Of a stretch of DNA of 64,000 bases, positions 22,974 to 34,147 are shown one piece after another. The notes under the pieces were generated by a model. That model saw nothing but the letters and a program-made list of their open reading frames with translations. It was not told the DNA's origin and ran no database searches. This DNA is from an uncultured Planctomycetota bacterium. Its GTDB lineage: Bacteria > Planctomycetota > Planctomycetia > Isosphaerales > Isosphaeraceae. Position numbers and translations under genes: made by a program. How positions within the stretch are numbered: the first letter of the stretch is position 1; every line of letters begins with the position of its first letter. The stretch covers positions 288,001-352,000 of the forward strand of contig CAWJTV010000039.1 in assembly GCA_963845755.1 (NCBI GenBank). Direction: 5' to 3'.

Positions 22974-24233
22974 ATGTCCGCCACCAGTCACCCGCCCGAT
23001 CCGACCGACGATTCGACATCGCTGCTATCCCGCCGGCCGTATGCGCTGTTCCTGGCCGGTCGGTTCCTGGGCACACTGGCCACCGGCTCTCAGTCGGTCG
23101 TCATCGCATGGGAGGTCTACGAGCTCGCTCGAGAGACTATGTCCCTCGCGGAGGCCGCTTTCGCCGTCGGGATGATCGGCCTGGCCCAGTTCCTGCCGCT
23201 GTTCGCCCTCACGCTCGTCGCCGGTGAGACGGCCGACCGGCACGACCGCCGCCGCATCCTCACGCTCTGCTACGTGGCCCAGGTCCTGATCTCGGTGGGG
23301 CTCGCATTCCGGTCGGCACTCGGGGGCGGGCTGTGGCCGATCTTCGTCGTGGCCGCCCTGTTCGGCTGTGCGCGGTCGTTCTTCCAGCCGACGGCGAGCG
23401 CCCTGGGCCCCATGCTGGTGCCGCTCCGATTACTGCCCCGGGCGATCGCGACCAATTCGCTGGCCGCCCAACTGGCGAGCATCCTCGGCCCCGCGCTCGG
23501 CGGGCTGCTCTGCGTGGTGTCGCCGGTCCTCGGCTACGCGGTCAGCGCCGGGCTATACGCGGCGGCCGCGTCCTGCGCCCTCTTGATTCGGGCCGACACC
23601 CGGCCTCCGATCGAGGCGGCCCGGTCGCGGGTCGCCCAGATCCGGGAAGGGCTCGTGTACCTGTGGGGGAACCAGCTCGTGCTCGGGGCCATCTCGCTGG
23701 ACCTATTCGCCGTCCTGCTCGGCGGCGCGACCGGCTTGCTCCCGGTGTTCGCCCGGGACGTGCTCGCGGTCGGTCCGCAGGGGTTCGGCATCCTCCGCGC
23801 GTCACCGGCGGTCGGCGCCGTCTTGATGGCCACGTATCTGGCCCACCGGCCGATCCGCACACGCGCGGGCATGAAGATGCTCCTGGCCGTTGGCCTGTTT
23901 GGGCTGATGACTGTGGTGTTCGCCTTCTCCCGATGGCTTCCGCTGTCGGTGTTCGCCCTGGCGGTGCTCGGCGGGGCGGACATGGTGTCGGTGTTCACAC
24001 GGCAGAGCCTGGTGCAGATCGCCACTCCAGACCGGATGCGCGGTCGTGTGTCGGCGGTGGCGACGCTGTTCATCGGGGCGTCGAACGAGTTGGGGGAATT
24101 CGAGAGCGGAGTCACGGCCCGGGTCCTGGGGCCCGTCGGCGCGGTGGCGTTCGGCGGGGTCGGGGCGACGGCCGTGACGGCGGTCTGGGGCTGGCTGTTC
24201 CCCCGGCTGCGGACGGCCGATCGGCTGGTTTGA
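22974..24233 (+). CDS. MFS transporter (EntS/MFS_3-like)
   Basis: About 12 TM segments. 'GETADRHDRRR', 'SLDLFAVLLGGA', 'TPDRMRGRVS'. Confidence 0.9.
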   Translation: MSATSHPPDPTDDSTSLLSRRPYALFLAGRFLGTLATGSQSVVIAWEVYELARETMSLAEAAFAVGMIGLAQFLPLFALTLVAGETADRHDRRRILTLCYVAQVLISVGLAFRSALGGGLWPIFVVAALFGCARSFFQPTASALGPMLVPLRLLPRAIATNSLAAQLASILGPALGGLLCVVSPVLGYAVSAGLYAAAASCALLIRADTRPPIEAARSRVAQIREGLVYLWGNQLVLGAISLDLFAVLLGGATGLLPVFARDVLAVGPQGFGILRASPAVGAVLMATYLAHRPIRTRAGMKMLLAVGLFGLMTVVFAFSRWLPLSVFALAVLGGADMVSVFTRQSLVQIATPDRMRGRVSAVATLFIGASNELGEFESGVTARVLGPVGAVAFGGVGATAVTAVWGWLFPRLRTADRLV

Positions 24234-24443
24234 GAACGGATTCCCACGTCCTTCTCTGCGACTAATCCTAAAAGAAATATTTATTTTAACATTTTAAAAT
24301 AATAATATATTATGTATTGGCGTTCCGAGGGGGAACCTTGGGAAAAACCGAACCAGGGAAGACACCGAAAGGCACGTCCGTTTTTCGTGCCCCTGTTCAC
24401 CTTCCCGGAGTCTCCCAACGATCGGGGTATGACCGTGCGGTGC

Positions 24444-25830
24444 TCAGCGTCGCCGCCGCGCCTGGTCGCGCAGGATGTTCTTCTGATTCTGCTTCACCAG
24501 GATCTCGAAGAGGTCGTCCCTCTCGCCGGGGCGGGTCAGGTCCTGGCCCGTCTTCACCACCCCGATGTAGGCCACGCACATCTCGTCGGTCACGTCGGGG
24601 CCATGCTTGACGAGTTGGGGCGGTCGGTGGGGGTTGGCGCGTGCGGCGAGTTGTCGTAGTGGGCCACGATCTTGACGACCGACCCCTTCGGCAGGCGGAT
24701 CGGCTGCTCGAAGGAGTAGGTGTTCTGCCAGGAGGGGTCCCAGTCGGCGATGTGGAGGAGGTCCTGGTTGCGACCGTTCGGGTACGTGACCGACATGCGG
24801 AACTCGCGCCGAGCTGGTGCATGTGAGGGGCGAGTGCGATCGCCTCGAGGTTGACGGGGACGAACCAGGTCGCGCGGACCTCGACGTTCGCGTTGCCGGG
24901 CGCGAGCTTGAAGGTGGAATTCGACACGTTCGCCCACTCGAGCATCCGCTTGACCGGCTTGCGGGCGAAGTGAAGCCCCAATCGCGTGCGGTTGACCTCG
25001 GGCTTCCCGTTGGGGTGGTAGTGGACCTGGAGGATCACGTCGGCCCGGCGGGGCAAGGAGCGGCCGATGCCGTCGGGGAGGTGCATGGCCTCGTTCCCCG
25101 CGGCCCAGCCGCCCAGGTCGCCGGCGATCTCGATGCCGGGCCCCGAGTACGAGATGTAGCCCGGCCCCGGCTCGGCCGTGTCGCGATGCCGGCCGTACGC
25201 GTGGGTGTTGACGAACGCCATCATATGGTGCACCACGCGGCGGTTCCCCGGCCGGTACTCGACCGCCGAGATCGACACGTCGCGCGGGAGGTCCGTGGGG
25301 ATCACGAAGCACCGGTAGATGTCCGGGCCCGAGGCGGGGACCCGGAAATCCTCCGCCATCTCGAGCACGAGGTCCGGCGGGCCCAGCGCCCATCCCTCGG
25401 GGAACCGGGCCGGGGCCGGCATATGCGCCGGCTCGCCCCGCGGGGCGCCCGCATCGGCCCACGCCTCGAGTACGGCGATCTCCTTCGCCGTCAACGAGCG
25501 GTCGTGCTTGAGCTTGGGCCCTACCCCGGCTGTGGGCTTCCAGGGGGGCATCGAGAGGTCTGCGGCCACCGCGGCGATGTCCGAAGCGCGCTTCCGAGCC
25601 TGCTCATATGTCTCCAACGCAAACGGCCCGATCTGGTCGCGGCGGTGACAGCCCTGGCATCTCTGCTGGAGGATCGGTGCCACGTCCTTGGTGAATGTCG
25701 GCGCCCCGACCACTCGAGTCGGTTCTTTGCCCTGACTCACGGGGGTGCCCAGCCAAAGGATCCCTGCTGCGAACCCAATACCTGCAAACCCGGTCCGTCT
25801 TACGGCCGCCCCGATGTGTCGAAACCTCAT
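24444..25830 (-). CDS. Secreted copper type II ascorbate-dependent monooxygenase-like protein with N-terminal CxxCH; frameshifts near 24810 and 24635
   Basis: 'PTFTKDVAPILQQRCQGCH', 'MPPW', Cu ligands 'VVHH', 'HYH', 'PHMH' and 'DEMC' (last in the shifted frame). Confidence 0.8.
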
Positions 25831-26477
25831 TCAGATGGGCCCCCGGCAAGGTGCGGAGAAGTTGCGTCGGACGCGTAGACGACGCAGCCCCTCGGCGGCA
25901 TACCGCCCTCCAACCCCGGCTCGTCGGGTCGGAACTGGGCGCGGCGGCGCGGGCGGATCGTCTCAGCTAAGCTTCGAGTACAAGAAGAGATATCGAATCC
26001 AAATTCCGTGAGCGATCGATCCCTCGGTTCCTTCGCTCCACGCCGTCGAATTCGATAGCGGACGGGCGAACGGACACGGTGGTCAGTAGAGATTAGGTTG
26101 GGAAGGACAGGAGAAGCCCCATGCTAGCATCCCCATCCCAGAGAATCAAATGAATAATCCGTTTTTTTCGCGACCGGCCGAGCTGGCTAGAGAGTCGCCC
26201 TTGGGCGGCTCGTCCGGCCGACAGAGGAGTTCGGGAGCCAATTTTGTGCCGAGGCCATCGCCGGTACTAGCAATATGTATAATAGTATTTACAGATAAAA
26301 ATAATTATTTATGAAATTCTCCGCCTGGCAGAAATGGTTAACACTGGCCCGAGTTCGGGAGGGGATGGAGGGCGTGCTCTTGAGGGCATCTCGGCGCGTC
26401 TTTTGCATTTCCTCGCAGACGGCACGTGAGCGGGCCGATGGTTTCCAATTCGAGCAATGTTCAAGGAGATCTCGATC

Positions 26478-26702
26478 ATGTCGGACAAATCCTGGGGACT
26501 CTGCAAGGACTGCAAATGGTGGCAGATCGAGCCGGATGCCGCGGTGAATAACCTGACACTAGGACTCTGCATCGACGAAAAGCTCCAACCCTACGTCTTG
26601 CGGGTTTCGGGGATCAGCGGCTGCAATCGGTTCCAACCCGGCAAACCGGCCAGGGCCGAAGGGTCGGCGGAGGCGCCGCCGCGTGCGAAGCCGACGCGTT
26701 AG
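26478..26702 (+). CDS. Small four-Cys protein (74 aa)
   Basis: RBS AAGGAG. 'CKDCKWW...GLC...VSGISGCNRF'. Confidence 0.75.
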   Translation: MSDKSWGLCKDCKWWQIEPDAAVNNLTLGLCIDEKLQPYVLRVSGISGCNRFQPGKPARAEGSAEAPPRAKPTR

Positions 26703-26759
26703 CCGCCATTTCTCACTTCGGAGACCGCGAAACCGACGGGGAAACGGATCGGACCGATT

Positions 26760-26906
26760 CACCACAGAGTCACAGAGCACACAGAGAAGGTCCAGATGCG
26801 TCGTGACGTGAGAGAACGGCCAATCGCCCGCTTCCGGCGGATCGGACCGAAACCCAGAATGATTTCTTATTTCTGTATTCTCCGTGTTCTCTGTGGCTCT
26901 GTGGTG
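26760..26906. repeat. Palindromic repeat, family C (CACCACAGAG.CACAGAG...CTCTGTG.CTCTGTGGTG)
   Basis: Inverted arms of iterated ACAGAG units. Single arms also at ~38307-38339 and ~62918-62949. Confidence 0.75.
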
Positions 26907-28742
26907 CGAAAGCCGGGTTCGTGATTTTTTCTCCGCCAGACCTCGACGTGGCCGAATCGAGCCTCGGGCACGTAGTCGCGTCGGATGATCCCGATCACAT
27001 TTTCGAGCTTCATGGCCGGGATAACGTCGCGCTGGCGTGGTTCCCAGACCACAACCGAATCCGCGGTCGCTTCGAGCTGTCTGGCGAATTCGGGGTCGAG
27101 ATCGAGATTGACCCATTGCAACCAGCAGATCCCCGATTCGGCAAGGAAGGGGGAGAGGCGGCCTGTCGGACCATTGAGCGACTCCATCGGGTACCGGTTC
27201 AAGACGTTGGCAACGAAGGTTTCGGGTTGGGTGGAATCGCGGAGATAGCCCAACACCAGACAGTAGGTCTCCCAGGGCGAGAGAGGGTGTGATGCGCCCT
27301 GGAAAGCCTGGAAGCAGCCGGGCGGGGGGTTCGCCGGCATCTTACCGAGGACCAGGGACCGCACCGCCTGGGCGCTGCGATCCAGGTGGCACATCCACGG
27401 TCTCTGGGGCACGACCTCGTAGGCCAGCAAGGCGACGGCAACGACGTGCACCGGCCTGCGCCAACCCACGCAAGGAAATCAACAGGTAGGCGGGGAAAGC
27501 CCAGGTGATCGAGCCAACCACGAAGAGCGGGTGAATGAGATACGTGTGCGGGACCGGGTGAATCGGCCGATAGACGAGTGCCGCGACCCACGCCAACAGC
27601 CAGGTGCGCGCGGTCCCCGTCAACCGCGACGTGCGGCTCAGCGCGAAGATCAGGGTGGTGGCGAGCGGGACATCCGTTCGCCAGTCCGAGCCTTGTTCGA
27701 GGAACATCCTCATCGCACCGGCCGGCGTAACCCGGCTGTAAGGCCCGCCGTAGGCGACCACGCGTAATCCACGAATCCAATCGTCAGTGATCCCCGAGAA
27801 AATCACCGGTGTAAATGCTACCAACGAGAAGAGGCCGGCCCACCCGGCCCACTCGATGACGGTCCATGCTCTTGCCGACCGGCTCGTCCCCGGGGCCGGC
27901 CCGGGTTCGGCGATCGCCGAGGCCAGTGCGGGGAGGAACAGCACGGCATTCGGCCGGATCGCGAACGCCATCGCGGTCGTGAGGGCCGATGCCATCCGGG
28001 ACCAACGACCGGGCCAGGATTGGGACACCATCAGGCCCAGGGCCACCAGGAACGCCACGTGCCAATCGCGCTCGCCGGTGGTCTCGAACGGCTGGCTCAG
28101 GTAGAACTTCAAGAAGGCCAGATAGCCGATCAGCCCCGGCACGGCACCGTCGAGCCTCCGACGGCTCCAGCAGACCAGCACGATCCCCAGGAGCACGACG
28201 CAGCCCGCGTCGAACGCATAGAAGGGTGTGGTCCGACCCCAGCCGAAGATCTTGCCCAGCATCCAGAAGATGTAAGTCTCGCCCGGGAAGTTGTAGGCCC
28301 TGATGTCGCGGTAGGGGAGAATCCCCCGATCCCACGACATGGCGAGCACGGCGAAGGTGTCCTCGTCGCGGCTCCAGGGCCAGGTCAGGTAGTGGGGAAC
28401 CCAGGCCGCCAGGAAGACGCCGCACGTGACCCCCAAGGCCATCGACAACCCTCGGTCCCAGGCGAATTCGGCGAGCGCGTTCATCCCTGTCAGGCCCCGC
28501 CCGGCGCGTCTCCGAAGGTCCCAGGGTCCGATGTTCGATGTGGCGAGTTGCCTGGTGAGGAAGTAGGCCGCGACGAGGGCCGATGCCATGGCTTCGACCC
28601 AACACGCGCGGAGGGGAGCGGGCGTCAACCTCCAGAGCAACCTCGACAGATCCGGGAGGATTAGCAGGACGAAGAGAGCGGCCGTACCCAGGAAGGCGAC
28701 CGGGAGGACCCTTCTCAATCGCGGTCCGGACGTGAGCGGCAT
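26867..28742 (-). CDS. Polytopic membrane protein, GT-C glycosyltransferase-like, frameshift near 27460
   Basis: 'RDEDTF...GILPYRD...NFPG' loop, many TM segments, soluble C-terminal domain in ORF 26867..27469. Confidence 0.65.
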
Positions 28743-28975
28743 GAGCGGCCACCGATGACTTGTCGATCCGACGGCCTCGTGCACCGGGACGCATCCCGCG
28801 AGGGCCATGAACGCGAGCCGTCAACCCTTTCAGCCGATCCGAAGACAAGCGTTTCGACGCGTCTCGTCCCTCGATTCTTTCACGGGGCCTCCGGGTGTGT
28901 CAACCGGAGCGAGATCCACGACGTTCGGCCATTTCGACCCACCCGACAACAGGCCTCTCGTAGACCCCCTGAGCC

Positions 28976-29683
28976 TCATTGGAGACGGGCCGTTTCGGGG
29001 GCATTGGCGAGCCAGTGCGACATCAGCATCACGAGGTGGGTGCCGCACGCGAGAATCTCGCCCGGTTCGGGGTTATCCGGAGAGGGTCCGTCGTACCTCG
29101 GAATGTGGATGAAACCGCGACAGGCCACGCGGTCGCCGAGCTCGTGCATGGCGCGGTAGAAGACGTAGTTGCAGACGTACACGCCCGCGTCGCGCCAGGC
29201 CATGACGTCCGTGACCCGCCCTTGGCCGCGAGCGGACAAATACTCGCGGCGACTCTTCAACCCTTCGTAGAACCAGGGCAGGGGGAGGGTCGTCTCATGG
29301 ATTCCGGGTCCTCCCTCGACGACCTGCTGCGCCGGCAGCGGCGGGGGTAGCTCGCCGATCGCGTCGGGAGAGGGCACGGCCAGGTTCCGCGCGACCAGCT
29401 CGAGGCGGACGAACGGATGGGGGGCCGCGCCGAGCATGAGGAGGGCGTCGGGCGCCCGCTCTTCCACGGCGTCGCGGATCGAGGGCCAGGCGTACCGCCA
29501 GGTCGTATCGAGCCGAAGGCCGACGACCCGGACCCCGGCGATCTCCTTCCCGTGGACGAGGTTCGCCACGTCGTCCGTGGGATTGTTGAAGCAGTCCTCG
29601 AACGGCCCGAACCCGGTCACGAGCAGGGTCTGCAGACGCCCCGCCCGCCCAGGACCGTCGGACGATGTCACCTCGTCATCCAT
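28976..29683 (-). CDS. pcp: Pyroglutamyl-peptidase I (peptidase C15)
   Basis: 'LLVTGFGPF...NP', catalytic Glu ('RLELVARN'), Cys ('DAGVYVCN'), His ('GFIHIP'). Confidence 0.85.
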   Translation of the reverse strand: MDDEVTSSDGPGRAGRLQTLLVTGFGPFEDCFNNPTDDVANLVHGKEIAGVRVVGLRLDTTWRYAWPSIRDAVEERAPDALLMLGAAPHPFVRLELVARNLAVPSPDAIGELPPPLPAQQVVEGGPGIHETTLPLPWFYEGLKSRREYLSARGQGRVTDVMAWRDAGVYVCNYVFYRAMHELGDRVACRGFIHIPRYDGPSPDNPEPGEILACGTHLVMLMSHWLANAPETARLQ

Positions 29684-31969
29684 GGTTCGGTGTCCCCTCA
29701 CGCTTCGGCTGGCTGTAGACGGAGGTAAAATAGTGCCGCTTCCGAGCCTGGATCTGACGCTCGAACCAGGCCGTCATCGCGGCCTCGCTCGCCACGTCCT
29801 CCGGTTTGTAGATCGCCAGGATGGTCCCCTTGATATCCGCGGCGACCTTCTCGGAGGTGGCGAGGTCGCACAGGATCAGTGTCCCCTGGGGGTCCTTCGC
29901 GATCATCAGGCCGAGCTCGATCATGACATTGGGGTTGTAGCCCGAAACGTCGGCGATGAACCGGCGGCTGGTGGTGACGTGGTCGCGGACGTTCTTGAAC
30001 AGGTTCTCGTCGAGGATGTTCTCGTCGGCCCGGACCACCTCCCAGGAGTACGGATCCCGGCCAAGGATCGACTCGATCGCCTTGTAGACGGTGTCGAACG
30101 GCGCACGAAACGGGAGTGCAACAAAGCACTTGGCACGGCCTCTGGTCGATGGGGGCGGTGCCGACTTCGGCCTACGTTCGATCCCTTCGTAGAGGAAATC
30201 GATCAGGTTCCCGATCAGAGGCTCGGCGATTTTCGTGACGGCCCGGGGGAACGGCGACCCGATGATCGCGATGTGCAAGAGCGTCTCGGCTGCCGTGGTC
30301 AAGGTATCGTTCGTGAGATCGTCGGCCCGGGCGGCGAGATGCTCGATCACGGGATGGGCGATGTTGATCAGGAGAGCGTCGGCACTGATGCTGGGCTCGT
30401 TGTTCTCGTCGTCGTCCCGCCCGTCCAGCCCGAGAGCCGGCGCCGACTCCTTGATCAACAGTGCCGCCGGAGGGCCCTCGACGCCCAGCGTGGTCGACGG
30501 GAGAATGCGGAGGTTGCTCTGACTCTTGAGCGCCCGGCCGAGTCGGTTGATGAGCCGGCGGAATGGGTCTGGGATTGGGGGGACGGGCAGCGGATTCTGG
30601 GATTCGTCCTCGGTGACCGGGTTGATGATCGTGACTTGGTCGTCGGCTGCCAACTGCTCGAGCAGGGCCTTCTCCTCGACCCCCTCGCCGACCACGATCA
30701 GCTTATCGAGTCCGCTGGTCTGGCCCATCTGGTACTGACGGGACGACGTAGATGACCCGTTTCCCCGCCGGGTCGTCGCTGGAGTCCGCAAGCCGGATGA
30801 TGTCCGGCCAGGCGTGCTGGCCCGCGGTGGTCTCGAAGCGGTAGTGATCGCGAAAGAGCTGGCGGAGTCGTGGAGAATACTTGGCGTGGACGAGCAGGAG
30901 CGTACGGTGGGTCCGCAAGATCTCCTCCATCAGCCTCGGCTTCTCGCGGCCGACTGTCTCGAGGAAGTCGACGACGTGCCCCTCGGCTTGCTTGCGGATC
31001 TCTTGATAGGCCGCGTCGCGCCGAACCGCTCGCGGTTGATCTGGAGGAGGAAGTGGGGGCTGTCGACCAGGGAGACGATCAAGGACAGGTTCTCGGGAAG
31101 GAAGTCCGGGCGCTGGCAGTCGAGGAAGACTCCCTTGGAGAAGAACGCGATCTTCTGGTTGTAGACATCCTTCAGCTCCTGCCGGGGGATTCCGAGGATC
31201 AGCCGCGTCCGCTTCTCGTCGGGGCCGTCCTTGGGGGCGTCGTCGAGAAGGACGGTGTAGGCCGCGAGTGTGTCCTGGGACTGTGAATTTCTTGAGGAGC
31301 TCCCGCGCCGTCGGGTCGAAGAGCAGCCGCCCTTCTCCCTCCGATTGGGATAGGGCGGCGAGCCAGCGGTGGTGGACATTGACCGCCGGGGCATTGACGC
31401 CGACCGAGATGGGCACCGACAGGAGGGCGAAGTTCTTGCTAATGTATTCGCGGAGCACGGCGTTCTGCGCCGAGGGTCATCGCGGCGTCATCGTCCGGGT
31501 CGAGGTGGAGGACGGCGAGCGTGCCGACCTCGGTGCGGGGGCACCTCGAGAGGTGGTAGGTCGTCGCGTCGCGGTGCCACACGATCCTCCAGCCTTGCTC
31601 ATCCGATGCGGAACGAGTCTCGACGATGATCTTCTTGGCGATCATGAAGGCGCTGAGGACACCGACCCCGAACTGGCCGATGGTCTCCGCTTCTGCGGCG
31701 GGGTTGGGGACGTGGCCGCCGATCTGGGTGAATCCGTTGACGATCACCGATTCGTCCATTCCGCAGCCGTTATCGAGGAAACTGATGGTCTGGCCGTCGG
31801 ACCAGACCGAGATCCGCGGCTCGGTCACGCCCCGGGTGGCGTCGCGCGCGTTGGATACGAACTCGCGGATCGGCGTCTCGGGATCGTCGCTGACGTGCCT
31901 GCGGAAGAGGTAGAGGATCTGCTCGACGTTCGGGATGACTTCCCTCACAGAGGTCCCTGGTTCACCCAA
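29676..31969 (-). CDS. HSP90/HtpG-like ATPase fused to a C-terminal nucleoside-2-deoxyribosyltransferase/TIR-like domain; about 4 frameshifts
   Basis: GHKL motifs 'IREFVSNARDA', 'DNGCGM', 'IGQFGVGVLSAF', 'GT'. HtpG middle 'FLPENLS...LQINRE', C-domain 'LLINIAHPVIEHL'. Then 'CFVALPF...VRAD...IADVSGYNPNVMIELGL'. RBS GGAGGTGAGG before TTG. Confidence 0.8.
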
Positions 31970-32023
31970 TCCTCACCTCCTTCGTTATGGGGGCTTCGTC
32001 GATTCACCTTCGGCGGTGGCGCC

Positions 32024-33223
32024 TCATGGCCAGGCCCGGCACCGGAGCTTGCGGACGGGCTCACAATCCCATCGGCCGAGCGGTCGGTCAGACAGCCTGT
32101 CCCCGGCAATCAGCCCGGCGCAGGCGTCGATGTCGGCGGGGGACATCTGGTACGACGACAGCCGGCCACGAAGCGCATCGAGTGGGCAAGTCCGTCGGCC
32201 ACAAGGCGGCCATCACCGGGCTGCGGGCCGCCGGCTTCCGCGATCTCCCCGGCCAGCGCGCCGACCTCGACGGCCCGGAGCAAGAGGGTCAAGGCCGGGG
32301 CCCCCTCCAGCGTCGCGGCCAGGTCTTCGCAGAGGGCGTGCAGGTTCACCCCATCCCTTGCGAGCACGCCCCAGGCGATCCTCAGGAGCTTCGCATCGGA
32401 AAGCAGAAAAGGATCTCCCTCGCGACGGGCGCTGTGGTCCAACTCGGCCAGGAAGTCTTCCATCTCTCGGCGCGCGGCCGCGACATCGATCGCCTCCCCC
32501 TCGGCGAGCCGTGAGGCGAAACGCGCCAGCCGGATCCGCAACATCGCCCCGGCCGCGATGGCCGTGCTCCACGGCAGGCCCTGGGTCCGAAGGACCTGGC
32601 GCGGCATGCCGGGCCACCCGGGCCTCCGACCCTGGGATGCAGAGGTACCCGAGCACCAGGAACCCCTCGATATGTTCAGGGTGGAGGAGACCAAAGGGAC
32701 GAGACTTGTCCGCGATCAGCTCGACCCCCTTCCGGACTCGTTCGGCCGCCTGTTCGACCTCACCGAGCTGCCGAAGGAACAAGCCCTCGGCGACCTCGAT
32801 CTGGGCCGGCAGATCCTCGCACCCCTCTACGATGGTCCAGTTGCGAGCCTCCTGGATCAGTCGGCGGATATACTTGTGGTCGTCGGAGAGGGTCCGTCGC
32901 AGCACGGTGATCAGGCCGAATTGAGCCCGCACACCATAGTATTTCGCGTGATTTCCTTTCGGCAGCGCAAGTTCGTAGTAGTCTCGAGCCTTCGCGAAAT
33001 CGCCCATGCCGCGATAGGTCTCGCCCAGCAGGACGGCCGCTTCAATGTGCATTTTCGGGTCCGCATGGTTCAGCGATTGCTGAAGGTAGGGTATGGCATC
33101 CTTGCGATGCCCTTCCTGGAAGAAACGGACACCCATCTCGTGGATCTTCTTCGGTTCTTCGCTGTCCTTGCCCGGGCGATCATCGTCGTTCAGGATGAGG
33201 TCATCGTCGTCGATATAAGCCAT
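32024..33223 (-). CDS. Tetratricopeptide-repeat protein, about 2 frameshifts; 3' end uncertain
   Basis: 'AIPYLQQSL', 'LGETYRGMGDFAKARDYYELAL', 'LRQLGEVEQA' TPR-like helices. Continues in ORF 32110..32694. Confidence 0.65.
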
Positions 33224-33296
33224 GGGATGCTCCATCGGAGCCGCGAAGCCGGCGGCGGCTGACTCGCCATGGTGACGATGGGGTTGCGACCGGGGG

Positions 33297-33680
33297 CTAA
33301 TTCCTCTTGAGGTCGATCGGCCTCCATTGATCGTCGACCTGGACCTGGAGGCGATCGGGGCGGAAGAACCGTCCTTCGCGGGCGGTGACCCCCTCTGCGC
33401 GGACCTTCGAGCCCACATACAACGCGAGGCGCTCCGGTTCCACGACGAGGTAAATGACTTTCCCCTTGGGGGTCAACACACCGAGCGGGAGGTTGGCCTT
33501 CGCGGCGACGAATTCTTCATAGACGCGCCAGTCTCCGCGAGCGCCGGATGTGAACTGGGACCTCAACTCGACGAGTCGGCCTTCGACGCGAGGAAGGCCG
33601 AACCCGAAGGCCCCGACGCCGGCGGTGGCCAGGTAGGCCAGGGAGAGGACAACGAGGGCCGTACCGAGTCTTCGCTTCAT
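33297..33680 (-). CDS. Secreted hypothetical protein (127 aa)
   Basis: Signal peptide MKRRLGTALVVLSLAYLATA. Start overlaps the upstream stop (TGATG). Confidence 0.75.
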   Translation of the reverse strand: MKRRLGTALVVLSLAYLATAGVGAFGFGLPRVEGRLVELRSQFTSGARGDWRVYEEFVAAKANLPLGVLTPKGKVIYLVVEPERLALYVGSKVRAEGVTAREGRFFRPDRLQVQVDDQWRPIDLKRN

Positions 33681-34147
33681 CACTCGTCCCCCCGTAGCGA
33701 CGCCGGCCCGGCCGATCCCGAGAGCGGCAGGTCGAAGACGATCCAACGATCTCCCTCCTGGTATTCCAGTTTCAGGGGTGTCAGGCAACGGCCCTCGTCA
33801 TGGCGCAAGCCGGTCGCTCGAATCCGGATCGGACCCTTCGGCCGGGCACGTCGCAGGCGGGCGAGCAGTCTCCCATCGACCAGGAGCAGGGTGAATTGGT
33901 CGCCCGTGAGGATCCCGCCGGGTAGCCCGTGCACGAGCGCCTCATCGTCTCTCCGGTCCATCCCTGCTTCCTTGACGGCGTCCTGTAACGGATTGAACAG
34001 GGCGGCCGCGCTGCAGAGCCGGCCTTCGACGGTCGCTTGAAGGCCGTCGTCGGTGCCGGCCCCGCCGGAGGCCATGCGGACCAGGCCGAGGACCAGCCCG
34101 GAGAGGAGTAAGAGTCCCAGCAGGGAGGGTGGTGCGTACCTCGTCAT
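33680..34147 (-). CDS. Secreted/membrane-anchored hypothetical protein (155 aa)
   Basis: N-terminal hydrophobic helix. ATGA overlap with the upstream gene. Resembles the downstream neighbour. Confidence 0.75.
   Translation of the reverse strand: MTRYAPPSLLGLLLLSGLVLGLVRMASGGAGTDDGLQATVEGRLCSAAALFNPLQDAVKEAGMDRRDDEALVHGLPGGILTGDQFTLLLVDGRLLARLRRARPKGPIRIRATGLRHDEGRCLTPLKLEYQEGDRWIVFDLPLSGSAGPASLRGDE

Noticed and set aside
24263..24315. Very AT-rich tract, possible origin or foreign DNA
   Set aside because: Only ~50 bp between convergent genes, with no DnaA boxes or iterons seen. Probably a repeat spacer or terminator region.
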